From positions 1,178,001 through 1,242,000 of the forward strand of contig OZ251234.1 in assembly GCA_965240325.2 (NCBI GenBank): a stretch of DNA of 64,000 nt, given 5' to 3'. The translations under genes and the position numbers were made by a program. The notes below the pieces were generated by a model. The model saw only the letters and a list, made by a program, of their open reading frames with translations. It ran no database searches and was not told the origin of the DNA. The DNA comes from Rebecca billardiae RCC1528. Taxonomy: Eukaryota; Protista; Haptophyta. Of this stretch, positions 10,558-22,905 are shown in pieces. The number at the start of each line of letters is the position of its first letter. Position 1 is the stretch's first letter.

Positions 10558-11163
10558 ACCTTACTTGCGTGCCGCGTGCAGCCTGCGAGATGGCACACGC
10601 CTCACCCTCCGGAGCCTCCGAGTCCGACGAGGCTGCAGCGTCCAGCACGCGCCACGCGGGTGCACCCTAGAACCCCGCTATCCCTTCCTCGGCTCTCGCA
10701 TGCCATGTTTCCGATGATCTGCAGCTACTTTGTTTCCGGAGTCCCGGATCCGCCGGCGGGCGGCCCGGTCGGAGCGGCGCCGTGCCAGCCCTCAGCCGCC
10801 GGCGACGCGCCGCACCGTGCTGGCGGCACCGCAGTGGGCTCACTGACCTCAGACCTCCGCGAGTCCGCTCGCGTTACTATTGACTGATTGATGATGAACA
10901 CGACGCGCGATGATAGTATACGTAGCCTCTGCTAGTGACGGACTGGCGGCGGGACTGCCGATGGCCCGATGGCGATCGACGGCGGCTGCTGAGTCGTCCG
11001 CGGCGCCTGTGACCTGTCCCGGATGAGTCAAACGTCGTAGACTCGGTAGAGTCCGCCCCGAGTCTGCTGCAGAAGTGACCGCGCCGGCCGACCGCCAGCA
11101 GCAGTACTCGTATAGCGAGGCGCGGCTTGGCACGGACTGTGGGCAATGAGTATTGGCGCGCGC

Positions 11164-12696
11164 TTACATCCACAGTGGGCGCAGTGCAGGCGCAGCAGCA
11201 CTACCGGGCCCTGCCCCGCCGGCCGCGCCGAGCCCCCCGAGGCCCGGCGCGGGAGCGCCACTCCCAGCGGGCGCAGAGCCGAGCGCCGTCGCCGCGGCTG
11301 ACTTGTTTGTTGTCACGCCCGTGACGCCGGCGTCGTAGTCATAGGCGGCGGCACCGTGCCACGCCGCCGCCGAGGCGTGCGCGGGGTTGTGCTGCCGCCG
11401 GCGGTGCGGGCCGTTGGCGTTGCACGCGCCAAGCGCGGGGCCGAGCGGGCGCGGGTGAAGGGCGTCCGGGTGGCGTGCCGGACCGAGCGGCGGCTGCGAC
11501 GCCGCGCCGCGGGGCTGCGGGCTCTGCTGCGCGGCTGCGCCGCGACGCGCGCTGGCCACGCGCGCGGCGGCGGCCGCCGGCCCGGCGCGGACGGCGCGCG
11601 CGCCGCTGGGCTCGGCTGGCGCAGTCGGCAGCGGCGGCGGCGGGCTCGCTCGAACGGGCGGCGGCGAGGGCGGCGCGGCGCCGCGCCGCGCCGACACCGG
11701 CACCGCCGCATCCGCCGCGGACCATCCGCGCTGCGCGCGTGTTGCGCGCAGCTGCTGCCTGCGCGCGCCCTCGCCCCAGCGGCGCAGCGCGGCGCGCGCG
11801 CTCTTGCGCGCGTGAAAGCTCTGCGCTGCGTCGAGCGCAGCGTCGGCCGACTCGGCGGAGGCGAGGGTGGCGGCCGCCGCCTCGCGCACCGCCGCCGCGT
11901 GCAAAGACGTGACGCGCGCGCGCGCTGCCAGCACCTCGGCGCGCGCGCCGTGCGCCGCGCTCGCGGCGGCGGTGGCGGCGGCGGCTGCGCTCGCCGCCGC
12001 GCGGTGTGCCCACGTTTCAGAGCGGCACTCGGCGGGGCCGCGCGCCGCGCGCTCGGCGCGCGCGCGCGCGGCCGCGCCGTCGGCGTGCCACCGGTCCTCC
12101 TGCTCGCGCGCTCGGTCGCGCGCCGGCGCGGACGGCGGCGCGCGCATTGGCACGCGCGCCCGCGCAACGGCGGCGCTCAGCGCTGCCAACGCCACCTCAG
12201 CCGCATCCGCGTGCGCAAGCGCGGCCGGCGCCGGCGGCGCGCCGCCGCCGCTGGCAGCAGGCGTGCGCTCGCCAAGCAAACGCGCGTCTTCGGCCGCTGG
12301 CGCCGCAGAGCTGAGCGGCGGCGGCGATCGCGCGCTCGCCGCGCGCGCGCCGGCCGCGCGTGTTGCCGCTGCCGCCGCCGCGTCCGTGGCGACCGCGGCC
12401 CCCGCGGCGGTGGCGCCGGCGCGCGCCTCCGCCAGCGCATCGGACGTGGAGTGCGCGCGCGCGGCGGCGCGCTCCGATGACCGGGCGGCCGCGGCGCTCT
12501 CGGCTGCCGGGGCGGAGTGCTGACCCAGCCAGGGCATGCGCCGCGCACGCGCCGCCCACGCGGCGGCGGCGACGCCGTCACTGCCGCTCGAGCCGGGCGA
12601 AGACGCGCCACCGCTGCTGGCGGCGCGAACCTCCGTGTCCTCGTCGCTGCCGTCCTCGGCGCTCCGTGCGCCGCCGCGGGAGCCATCCACGTCCGT

Positions 12697-12755
<59 letters not shown>

Positions 12756-13364
12756 AGTCTGATGAGGCGTCGCTGGCGGCGGCGGCGGCGGCGGTAGTGA
12801 TGGTGGTGGTGGCGGCGGCGGTGGCGGTGCGGTCGGCGGCCAAGCCCGCATCCGCACCGCCGCCGACGGATGCGCTGAGCTCGGGCGCGGCGGCGGCGGC
12901 GGGCTCGGAGCCGCGCGCGCCGCCGCGGCTGCGTCTGGTGACTCCGCCGGCATCGCGCGCACCCGTCGACAGCGCAGCCGAGAGCTGCGCCGTCGACGGG
13001 CGCGTGCCGTGCTGCTGCGCCGCCGCCGCCTCCGCCTCCTCCGTCGCCGCTCGCGGCGGCGGCGGCGTGTCTGATGGCACCGCCGCCGCCGCTACATGCG
13101 GCGGCGGGCGGAGGGCCGTCGCCACGGAATCGGCCGAAAGCGCTTCGGCCGAAAGCGCTTCGGCCGACCGTTGGGAGCAGCTGCAAAGGGCGCGCTCTGC
13201 GCGCGCGGCCGCGTCGGCGCGGGCGGCGGCGGCGTCGTTCTGTACGGCGGCGGCGGCTGGCGACGGGCCGCGCCCGGCGCCCGGCGCACCGGCGGCGGTG
13301 CCGCGCGCCGCCGCCCAGCCCGCCGCCTGTGCCGAGCCCAAGGCGGTGGCGGCAACAGCGGTGT

Positions 13365-13431
<67 letters not shown>

Positions 13432-16400
13432 AGCGCCATCTGCAGACCGCTCGGGTGGCGGCGGCGACGACGGCGGCCCCGCGGCCCCGAGCGAAGCCGG
13501 CGCGCGCGGCGGCGACGGTGCGGCGGATGCCAGCTCCGCAGCCGGGCCTGCGTGGGCGTGCGCGGTACACCGCGGCGCGCGCTCGGCCACAAGCGCCCGC
13601 GGCGGCCCGTGCCAAGGGGCCGCGGCGGCGTGCGCGGCGGCGCGCGGCTCATGCCGCGGCGTGCGCGCCGGGGCGGCGTGGGCGGCCTCGGTGGCTGGCG
13701 CAGGCTGCGCGTCGGCGCTCGGCGTCGGCGCTGTGGGCGTGCGCGGCGGCGGCGCAGTGGCGCCGCCGCCCGACTGACACTCCAGCGGCGCAGGCGTGCA
13801 CGCGGCCACGGCCGCGGGTGAGTCCGCGGGATCGCCGCAGCTCGGCGGCTGCGCGCGCGCCCGCGCCGCGTCCGCGTCCGCCCGCGGCTGCGGCTGCGGC
13901 TGTGGCTGCGGCCGCGCGGTGAACGCGGTGGCGGCAATCGCCGCGGCGCGCGCCGCGAGCGCCGGCGAGGGAAGCGGCGGCGAGGCGCTGGCCGGCCGAG
14001 CGCGGCGCACCGGCTGGCTCGGCGGCGGTGTGGGCGCAGCCGCCGCGCGCGCCGCCGCCGACGACGGTGCCGTTGGCGCCGCCGCCGCGCGCGCCGCCGC
14101 GGAGCCCGGCGGCGGCGGCGGCGTCGTCCGCGCCGCCGCCGCGTGATGGGCGCGCGGCGAGGGCACGGCTGTGCTGGGCTGCGCGCGGCAGCGCGGGGCG
14201 GCGCCGGGCTCGGCGGGCGCGCCTGCGCGAGGCGCGGTGTGCTCGCCCGGCACCGCTTCACCTTCGCCCGTGGCCTGCGCCACAGCAGCCACGCCCGCGC
14301 CCGCGGCGCCCGCGCCCGCGCCCGCGCCGGCGGGCGTCGGCCACTGTGCGGCGGCTGAGCGCTGCTGCTGCTGCTGCGCCGGGGTGTGAGGAGGTTGTGT
14401 GTGCGCGGCGCGGCGCGCCCGCCCGGGGTTAGGGTTAGGGGTTAGGGTTAGGGTTAGGGTTAGGGGGCTCGCTTGGCCTGGAGGACCCTCTGTGTCACTC
14501 TGGCCACGCCCACGCTCCCCAGAGCCGCCGCCGCCGCCGTCGCCGAGCCCGCCGCCGCCACGCGCGCTCGCGCGGCCCTCCGCGCCGCAGCCGTCGCCGC
14601 AGCCGTCGCCGCAGCCGCCGCCATCGCGCGCGCCGCCGGGCGGGCGGCCGCGCGCATCTGGCGAGCTGCGCGCCAGTGCCGCGGCCGGCTGGCGCGGGAA
14701 GTGCGCCGCGAGCGCGCCGAGCGCGTGCCGAGGCGGCGAGGGCGGCGGCGCAGCCACCGCCACGCGCGCCGCCGACCCATCTGCAGGCTCGGCCGCGGCG
14801 GCGCCAGCCGCCGCCGCCGCCTCTGAGCACAGGTGCTGAGAACGCGGCGGCGGGCTCGCGGCGGGCGGCGGCGGCGGTGGGGCGAGGAGGAGGGTGGCAG
14901 CGCGCCGCGCCGCCTCCGCGCGCGCTTCCGGGGCCTCCGCGCTGCGCGGCACGCGCTCCGCCGTCGGCGGCGGCGCCGCCGTCGGCGGCGGCGCCGTCTG
15001 CGGCGGCGGCGTCCGCGGCCGCGCGCCGCTGCCGCCGCCGCGGCGCGCCGCGGACGTCGAGCTTGGGGGCGGCGGCGGCGGCGGCGAAGAGCTGTCGCGC
15101 GCGGCGCGGCGCGCGAGCGGTGTCGCGGGCGCACGGTCGGAGGGCGTCGATCCGGGCGGTGAGGCCGGCGTGGGCGGCAGCGCGACGCCGCGCGGCGGCG
15201 CCATGCCCGGCGGCGCGTCCGCGGCCGGCGGCGGCGGCGGCGCGTCCGCGGCCGGCGGCGGCGGCGACGGCGGCGGCTGCCGCCGCCGCGCATGGCGCGT
15301 GCGTTCCGCTGCCGCGCGCGGCCGAGCGGGCTCGGCGCGGCGCGGCGGGCTCGGCGGCGACGCGACGAGCTCGCCCACAGAGCCTCGCGCCTCCGTGCTC
15401 CCGCCTCGCTCCCGCGCGCCGCGCCGCGCATGCGCACGCCACGCGCCGAGCGCCGCGCGCGCGCCGCGGCGCGCGCCGGCGCGCGCGGCGAGCGCGCCGG
15501 TCGCGGCGAGGGCATGCGAGCGCTGCGCGCGCGCGAGCGAGCTGGCGGCGGCGTCGGCCCAGCTGGCGAGGGCGGCGAGCAGCCGGCGCGCGCGCACGGC
15601 GCGCCGCGCGCGCGCGCCCACCGCCGCGCGCGCCGCGCCGCGCCGCATGCGCAGCAGCGCGCCGCGCGCGCTGCGCGCGCGCCGCCACCGCCGCAGCGCG
15701 CGCGCGGCGGCCGCGCGCGCGGCCGCGGCGGCCGCGCTGCGAGCGAGCGCGCGCAGCGCGCGGCGCGCGCGGCGGCGCCTGCCGCGCGCGCGCGCGTCGC
15801 GCGCGGCGAAGAGCGCCGCGTCCGCGTCCGCCGACGCCGCGCGCCACGCCGTGAGCGCGCGCGCGCGCTCGCCGGGCCGCGCCCAGCGCGCCGCGGCCGC
15901 GCCGAGGCGCGCGCGCGCCGCGGCCGCGGCCGCCCACGCGCGCAGCGCGCGCGCGCGCGCGCCCGCCGCCGCCGCCGCGCGCGCGACGGCCGCGCAGCGC
16001 CACGCGGCGGCGAGGGTGCGCACGCGCGACGTGCGCACGCGCAGCGCCGCCGCCCGCGCCGCCGCGAGCGCGCGCACCGCCGCGACGAGCGCGCGCAGCG
16101 CGGCGGCGCGGCGCGCCGCACGCGCGCGGCCGCGCAGCGCGGCGCGCCTGGCCGCAGCGCGGCGGCGCGCGCCGAGCGCGCGCAGCGCGCGGCGCCGCGC
16201 GGCGTGCTCGGCGGCGGCGCGCGCGGCGGCGGCGCGCGCGGCGGCGGCGCCACGGCGCCACTCGCGCAGCGCGCGCGCCGCCTGCCGCCGCGCGCCCAGC
16301 CCGGCGGCGGTGCGCTCGGCGGCGGCGCGCGCGCGGCGGCGCGCCGCGGCCGCGCGCCACGCGCGCGCGGCGGCGCGCGCGCGCGCGCCCGCCGCGGCCG

Positions 16401-17212
16401 CGGCGCGCGCGCGCGCGGCCGCGGCGGTGTCTCGAAGCTGGCGCAGCCGTGCGCGCACGGCGCGCGCGCGCGCACGCTCGCAAACCACAGCCGTACGCCG
16501 GCGAGTCGATGCGCGCGCAGCCATCGCCGCGCACCACGCGCGCAGCGCGCGGCCGCGCGCGGCGCGCGCGGCCGCGCCGGCGCCGGCGCGCGCGGCGCGC
16601 GCTCGCGCCGCCGCGCGCTGCGCCGAGCGCGCGCGCGCGGCGAGCGCGCGCACGGCGGCGGCGAGGCCGCGGGCGCGCCTCGCGCGATGCGCGCGGTCGG
16701 CGCGCACGCGCGCGGCGCGCATCGGCTCGCGCCTCGCGCGCCACGTGCCAACGCCGCCGCGCATCGCGCGCGCGGCGCGCGCGCGTGCCGCCGCGCGCGC
16801 GCCGGCGCGCACTGCCGCGCGCGCGCCGGCCGCCGCGCGCCACGCGCGCGCCGCCGCTCCGAGGGCGAGTGCTGCGCCGTCGTGGCGGAGCTCGCGCCGC
16901 GCGCGCGCGCGCGCTGCGCCCTCCGTCCACGCGCGCACCACCGCCGCCGCACAGACCGCCGCCGCAGCCTCCGCGCACGCGCGCGCGCGCTCGCGCCGCG
17001 CCGCGGCCGCCGCCACCGCGGCAAGCGCGCGCCGCAGCCGCCGCCCGCGCGCCGCCGGCAGCGGCGGCGGCGGCGCGCCCGCGGCGGTGGCGGCGTGGGC
17101 GGGCGGGCGGGCGGGCGCTTGGGCGCGCACGTCGACGCGTGCACTCCCGGCGGAGAGCGCGCCGGGCCCGGCCGACGCGAGCGGCGGCCGACGCGCCACC
17201 GAGCGGGCCGGA

Positions 17213-17258
<46 letters not shown>

Positions 17259-20200
17259 GCGCGGGCGCGGCGGGCGCGGCCGCGCGGCCGCGCGCCGCGC
17301 CGCCGCGGAGCGCCGCGCGCGCGCGCCACGTGGCGAGGGCGCGCGCGCGCACGGTGCGCGCTCGCACCGCACGCGCCGCCGCCGCCGCCGCGCGCACCGC
17401 CGCCGCGTCGGCGCGCGCCACCGCACGGCGCCACCACGCGCGCGCGGCGCAGCGCGCGCGCGCGGCGCGCGCGGCGCGCGCGCGGCGCGCGCCGAGCGCG
17501 CGCGCGGCCGCCGCCGCGCGGAGGGCGCGCACGCCGCGGCGCAGCGCGGCGCGCGCGGCGAGCGCGCGCGCGCGGAAGCGCGCGCGCCGCTCCTCCCGCG
17601 CCCACCGCCGCCACGGCGCGAGCACCGCGCGCAGCAGCGCAGTCGCCCAGTGGCGCGCGGCGCCGCGCGCCGCGGCGCGGCGCGCGGCGCGCGCGGCCGC
17701 GCCCGCGGCCGCGACCGCCGCCCACGCGCCGAGCACCCGCGCGCAGAGGCGGGCGGCGGCGAGCGCGCGCGCGAGCGAGGCGGTGCGCGAGGCCGCGGCG
17801 CGCGACCCCAGCGCGCGCAGCCACTGCCGCCACGCGCCGCCCAGCGCGCCCGCCGCGCGCGCGACGGCGGCGGCGGCGGCGCGCACGGCGGCGGCGGCGC
17901 GGCGCGCGGCGGCGCGCGGCGCGGCCGCGCGCCAGCGCCGCAGCGCGCGGCCGCGCTCGCGGCGGCGCGCGCGCGCGAGGTCGCGCAGGTGCGCCTCGGC
18001 GAGCGCGGCGGAGCGCACCCACAGCGCGTGCGACCCCGCCAGCGCGAGCGCGTGCCGACGCGGCGCGAGCCGCGCGCCGAGCGCGCACGCGGCGGCGTGC
18101 GCGCCGCGCCGCGCCGCCGCCGCCGCCCAGGCAGCCGCGGCGGCGCGCGCGCGCGCGCGCCGCCGCGCGCGCGCGCCGCGGAGCGCCGGGCGCACGCGCG
18201 CGGCGGAGGCGCGCCAGAGCGCGTGCGCCGCGCGGATGGCGGCCCGATTGCGCGCGCCGCCGCGCCGCGCCGCCTCGCGCCGCGCACGCGCGCCCGAGGC
18301 AGCGGCGGCGGCCGCGCGCAACGCGGTCGCCGCGGCCGCGCGGCGCGCGGCGCGCGCGCGCGGCGCGAGCGCGCGCGCGCGCCGCAGCGCGCCGCCGGCC
18401 TCGCCCGCCCAGAAGCGGAGCGCGGCGCGCGCGCACGCCGCGCGCGCAAGCGCCGCCGCATGTGCGTGCCGCGCGTGCCGCGCGAGCGCGCGCAGCGCCG
18501 CGGCCGCCGGCGCGCGCGTCGCCGCGGCCGCGCGCGCGGCGGCCGCGGCGCGGCGCGCGGCCGCGGCGCGCAGCGCGCGCGCCGCGCGCCGGCATGCGGC
18601 GGCGGCAGCGCGGCGCGCGAGCTGCGTGGCGGCGGCGGCGCGGGCGGCGCGGCGCGCCGCACTCGTGCGCAGGGCACGCACCACACCGCGCAGCCGCGCC
18701 GCGCGCGCCGACGCCGCGCGCGCCGACGCCGCGCGCGCCGCGCAGCGTGCCGCGCGCCAGCGCGCGGCCGCGGCGCGGCGCGCGGCCGCGGCCGCGTGCG
18801 CGCGCGCCGCCGCCGCCCACGCCGCCGTCTCGCGCGCCCACGGGCGCCACGCCGCGCGCGCGGCCATGCGCGGGCGTGAGCGCGCCGCGATCGCGCCCAG
18901 CGCGCCGCGCCGCGCGAGCACGCGCGCGCGGCCTCGCCAGGCGCGCGCCGCGCCGCGCGCGGCGTGCGCGCGCGCGGCCGCGCGCCGCGCGCCGGCCGCG
19001 GCCGCGGCCGCGGCCGCGGCCGCCCACGCGCGCAGCGCGCGCGTCGCGCGCGGCAGCTGCGCGCGCGCCGCGAGGCGCGCGGCGTCGCGCGCGCGCGCGC
19101 GTGCCATCGCCGCGCCGCGCACCCACGCCTCGGCCGCGCGGCCGAGCACCAGCGCCGCCGCGCCGCGCCGCCGCGCGCGCGCGCCGAGCGCGCGCGCGGC
19201 CGCGGCCGCGAGCGCGCGCGCGCCGCGCGCCGCGCGCCGCCGGCGCGCAAGTGTGGCAGCTAACGCGAAGGCGCGCGGCTCGCGCGTGCGCGGGCGCGCT
19301 CGCCACGCGCCCAGCGCGGCGGCCGTGCGCCGCCGCGCGCCCAGCGCCGCCGCGCCCAGCGCGCACGCGCGCGCGTCGCGCGCGACGCGCCAGCGCGCGC
19401 ACGCGCGCGCCAGCGCAGCAGCAGCGCCAGCGCCGCGCGCCGCGCGCGCCGCCGCGGCCGCGAGCGCGCCGCCGCGGCGCCGCCGCGCAGCGCCGCCGCG
19501 CCAGCGCGCGAGGCCGAGGCTCGCGTCGGCGCGGCGCACGTGGCGGAGGCGCGCGCGCGGCGGCACGGCCGCGGCCGAGGCGCGCCACCGCGCCCACCCG
19601 GCGGCCGCGCCGCGCGCCGCCGCCGCCGAGGCGGCCGCGCCGCCGGCCGCCGCGCGCAGCGGCAGCGCCGCGCGCAGCGGCGCGCGCGGCGGCGCGGCCG
19701 GCGGCGGCGGCGGCTGCGCCTCGGCGGCCGTCGGCCCCGGCAGCGTGGCGCGGCGCCACAGCCGCGCGCGCGCGCTCACCGAGGCCGCGCGCTCTGCGCG
19801 CGCACGCGCCGCCTCCGACGCGCACCGGCCGAGCGCGGCGCGCAGCGCGGCCGCGCGCGCGCGCGCCGCGACGCGCGCGTGCGCGCCCGCGGCCGCGCGC
19901 CGCCAGCTGTCAGCTGCTGTGGCCACGGCGCGCAGAGCGCGCCGGATGGCAAGCTCGAGGCACGCGGCGAGGCCGCCGAGGCGCAGCTCGGCCGCGCGCA
20001 CCGTTCCGCACCACCGCCCGAGCGCGAGCCCCGCCGCGCGCGCGACCCACCACGCGCGCGCCGCGGCCGCCGCCTGCGCGCCGCGCGCGGCGCGCAGGCG
20101 CGCGGCGCGCAGCGCGCGCGCACCGCGCGCCAGCCGCGCGCGCCGCGCGCCGCGCGCCGCCGCGCCGCCGAAGGCGTCAGCGCGGCGCGAGGCTGCGCGC

Positions 20201-22671
20201 AGCGCGCGCGCCGCGCGGCGCAGCGCGCGGCGGCGGCACCGCGAAAGTGCCTCCGCGCGCGCCTCCGCGCGCCGCGCGCCCGCCGCCGCCGCCGCGCGCC
20301 ACGCGCCGACGCCGCGCCGCAGCGCGCGCGCGCGCGCGCGCGCGCCGCTGCCGACCAGCGCGCGCCACGCGCGCACGTGCGCGCGCGCGTGCGCGCGCGC
20401 CCACGCGGCGCGCGCGCGCTCGCGCGACGCGCGGCGCGCCGCGTCGGCGTGCGCCCGCTCGCGGAAGCGGCGCAGCTCGCGCGCCGCGCGCGGCCCGCGC
20501 CGCGCCGCCGCGTGCTCGCGCGCCGCCGCGCCCATGGCGGCGGGCTCAGCGCACGCGCGCACGCGCCACGCAGCCAGCAGCGGCGCCAGCGCGCGGCGGC
20601 GCGCGTGCGCGCCCGCCGCGGCCCACGCCGCGCGCGCCGCGTCCGCCTCGCGCCGCTCCGCGGCCCAGAGCAGCGCGGCGCGCGCCCACGCGGCGAAGAC
20701 GAGCGCCTCCACTGGCCACGCGCCCACCGGCGCCGCGTCCGCCGGCAGCGCCGCTGCGGGGCGGGGCGGCGGCCGAGCCGCGGCGGGCGGCGGCGCGGCG
20801 GCAGGCTGCGGCGCGGCGCGCGGCGGCGCGGCCGAGCGCGGCGCGGCAGCAGCGCGCGACGCCGGCGCGGGCGCGGCCGGCGCGGAGGCACGCGCGGGCA
20901 CGGGCGCCGTCTTCTGCGCGTGGGCACGCGCATCCGACCGCTCGCGCGCTGGCTGCGCCGCCCTCGCCGCGGCAGCCATGCTCGGCCGGAGCAGCGGCGG
21001 AGGCGGCGGCGGCTGCGGCGCGCGAGCACCCGCGCCGTCCGCTGCCGACGCCTCCGCCGCCGGCGCAGACGGCGCCGCGGCCAAGGGCGCGGACGGCGGC
21101 GGCGGCACAGGCGCGGCGAGCGCGCGCAGCAAGAGGCTCGCTGTCGCGACGGGCGGCGGCACCGGCCTCGCAGATGCCGCCTGACCACCGCCCTCCGACG
21201 CACCGGAGCCCCCGAGAGCGAAGACCGCGCCGGCGGCGCCGCCGGCGGCGCCGGCGGCGCCGCCAATGCGGCCGGCGCGGCCGGCGCCGCCGAGAGCGGG
21301 CGCTTCGCCCGGCGCCGCGCCCGAAGGCGGGAGCGAGGTCGGCGCGGGCGGCGGCTGTCGTAGCGGCTCGGGGGCGCGATGCGCCGCTCGCTCGGGCAGC
21401 TGGCGCGGCGCGAGCGCGCGCGGCGCGTCCGTGCCGCCCGCCGCTCGCGCCGACTCACCACTAATTGTAGCGGAGGCGGCGGCGGCCGAGGCGGCGGCGG
21501 CGGCCGCGCTCGCCGCCGCCGCCGCCGCCGCGCTCGCCGCCGCCCCCGGCGCGCCTGCAGAGTCATCGGTGCCGCCGCCGCCCGCGGCAGGCGCGCGCGC
21601 GGGGCGCGGCGCGGCGGGCTCGAGGCGCGGCGCCGCCGAGCGCGGGAGCGCACGCTCCGACGTGCGACGGCCGCCCCTTCGAGTGCCGTCACGCGAGAGC
21701 GCGCCGCCCGGCGCGGGCGCGGGCGCGGCGCCGCCGCCTGCCACGCCGCCGCCCGCTCGCGGCTCGTGAGCGGGAGGCGACGCGCTGCCCTCGTCGTCGC
21801 GCGGCGGCGAGCACTTGCCCACCGCAACCGGCATCGCCGGCGCGGCCGCCCACGCGCACGCCCTGGGCGCCGGCTCGGAGGGCCCGCCGCCCGCGCCGCG
21901 CGCGTGCGGCAGCTGCTGCGGCTGCTGCTGCCGCTGCGCCAGCGGTGAGCGGAGAGCGGCTGGCGGTGCGCCGCCTTCGGCCGCGCCGCTCGTGGCGGGC
22001 CGAGGGCGCATGCGGTAGGGCGCACCGAACAGCGCGAACGCGCCCGCCTCCGCCGCGTTCTCCTTGTCCGCGCCGCCATCGTGCGCACCGTGCGCGGCAG
22101 CCGAGCGGCGAAGAGTGCCGGCGCTGCGGCTGCGGCGCGGCGCGTCGCGCGCCGCCGGCGCGTGCGCATCTGCGGCGCGGCCGAGAGCCGGCGGTGGCGT
22201 GGACGCGCGTCTGACCACCCAATCGCGCCCTTCGACGCTCGGCCTCGGACGTGCGCCCGCCTCCGACGCCTCCGCGCCCGCGGCGCGCTCGTTCGAGCGC
22301 GACGCGCTTCCGCGCTCCACCGATGGGCTGCGCGAGCGCGCGCCGGCGGCGGCTGCGGCGTGCGTCGCCGCGTGCGCGTGCGCGCGCTCATAGTTGACCA
22401 GCTTGATCCGCCAGTCCGGCTCCGCGTCGAGGCTCATCGTCATGATCGCGCGGTAGATCTGCGCGTCCTCGCTCGGCGGCACGTCGCGCGCGCGCGTGAG
22501 CTCCTCCCAGACCCGAAGCACCTTGAGCGCGGTGAGCGCGGCGGAGGGCTCGCGCACGCGCTCGCTCTGGAGCTTCTCGAGCGCGCGGGCCACCACGCCG
22601 CCGAGCGTGCTCACGTGCTCCGCCCATGACGGCGCCGCCACGTCGTCGTCGGCGGCGAGCACCACGGACAT
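11164..22671 (-). CDS. Giant Sfi1-like (centrin-binding repeat) protein, ~3,835 aa
   Basis: Single 11.5-kb open frame; first ATG at 22671. Central ~1,700 aa carry many regularly spaced A/R-rich helices ending in L/A-x-x-W-R/A (e.g. RRALAPLLAAWR, ALLRAVLAPWRRW), resembling Sfi1 repeats. N-terminal block IYRAIMTMSLDAEPDWRIKL. In-frame introns cannot be excluded. Confidence 0.65.
14429..14465 (+). repeat. Interstitial telomeric repeat (TTAGGG)x6
   Basis: TTAGGG TTAGGG G TTAGGG TTAGGG TTAGGG TTAGGG read directly. Confidence 0.95.
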
Positions 22672-22843
22672 GCCGTTCGAGCTGCCTGCCGCGCCACCCA
22701 ACGAGCTGCGCGAGGGCTGCGCTCCGGGTTGAGAGAGGCCGTTGACACTCGATTTTGTTTGAATCGATCGACTCGGCACGAAAACTCGGCACGTGGAAAA
22801 TCGCGCGGCAGCGAAAATCGCGCATCGTGCCTAAAATCGCGCA

Positions 22844-22876
22844 TCGTGCCTGTGTCTTTAAATCATAGAATTAGTC
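22844..22876 (-). repeat. 33-bp inverted repeat, right copy; overlaps a 19-bp tandem duplication (22814-22851)
   Basis: TCGTGCCTGTGTCTTTAAATCATAGAATTAGTC; AAAATCGCGCATCGTGCCT occurs twice in tandem at 22814-22851. Confidence 0.9.
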
Positions 22877-22905
22877 AATTTCATCGCCATCATCATCGTC
22901 ATTTA

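Noticed and set aside
14460-21464. Several overlapping 1,200-2,100-aa ORFs on both strands
   Set aside because: Stop codons are nearly absent at this GC content; only the 11164-22671 minus frame shows patterned Trp and a credible N-terminus.
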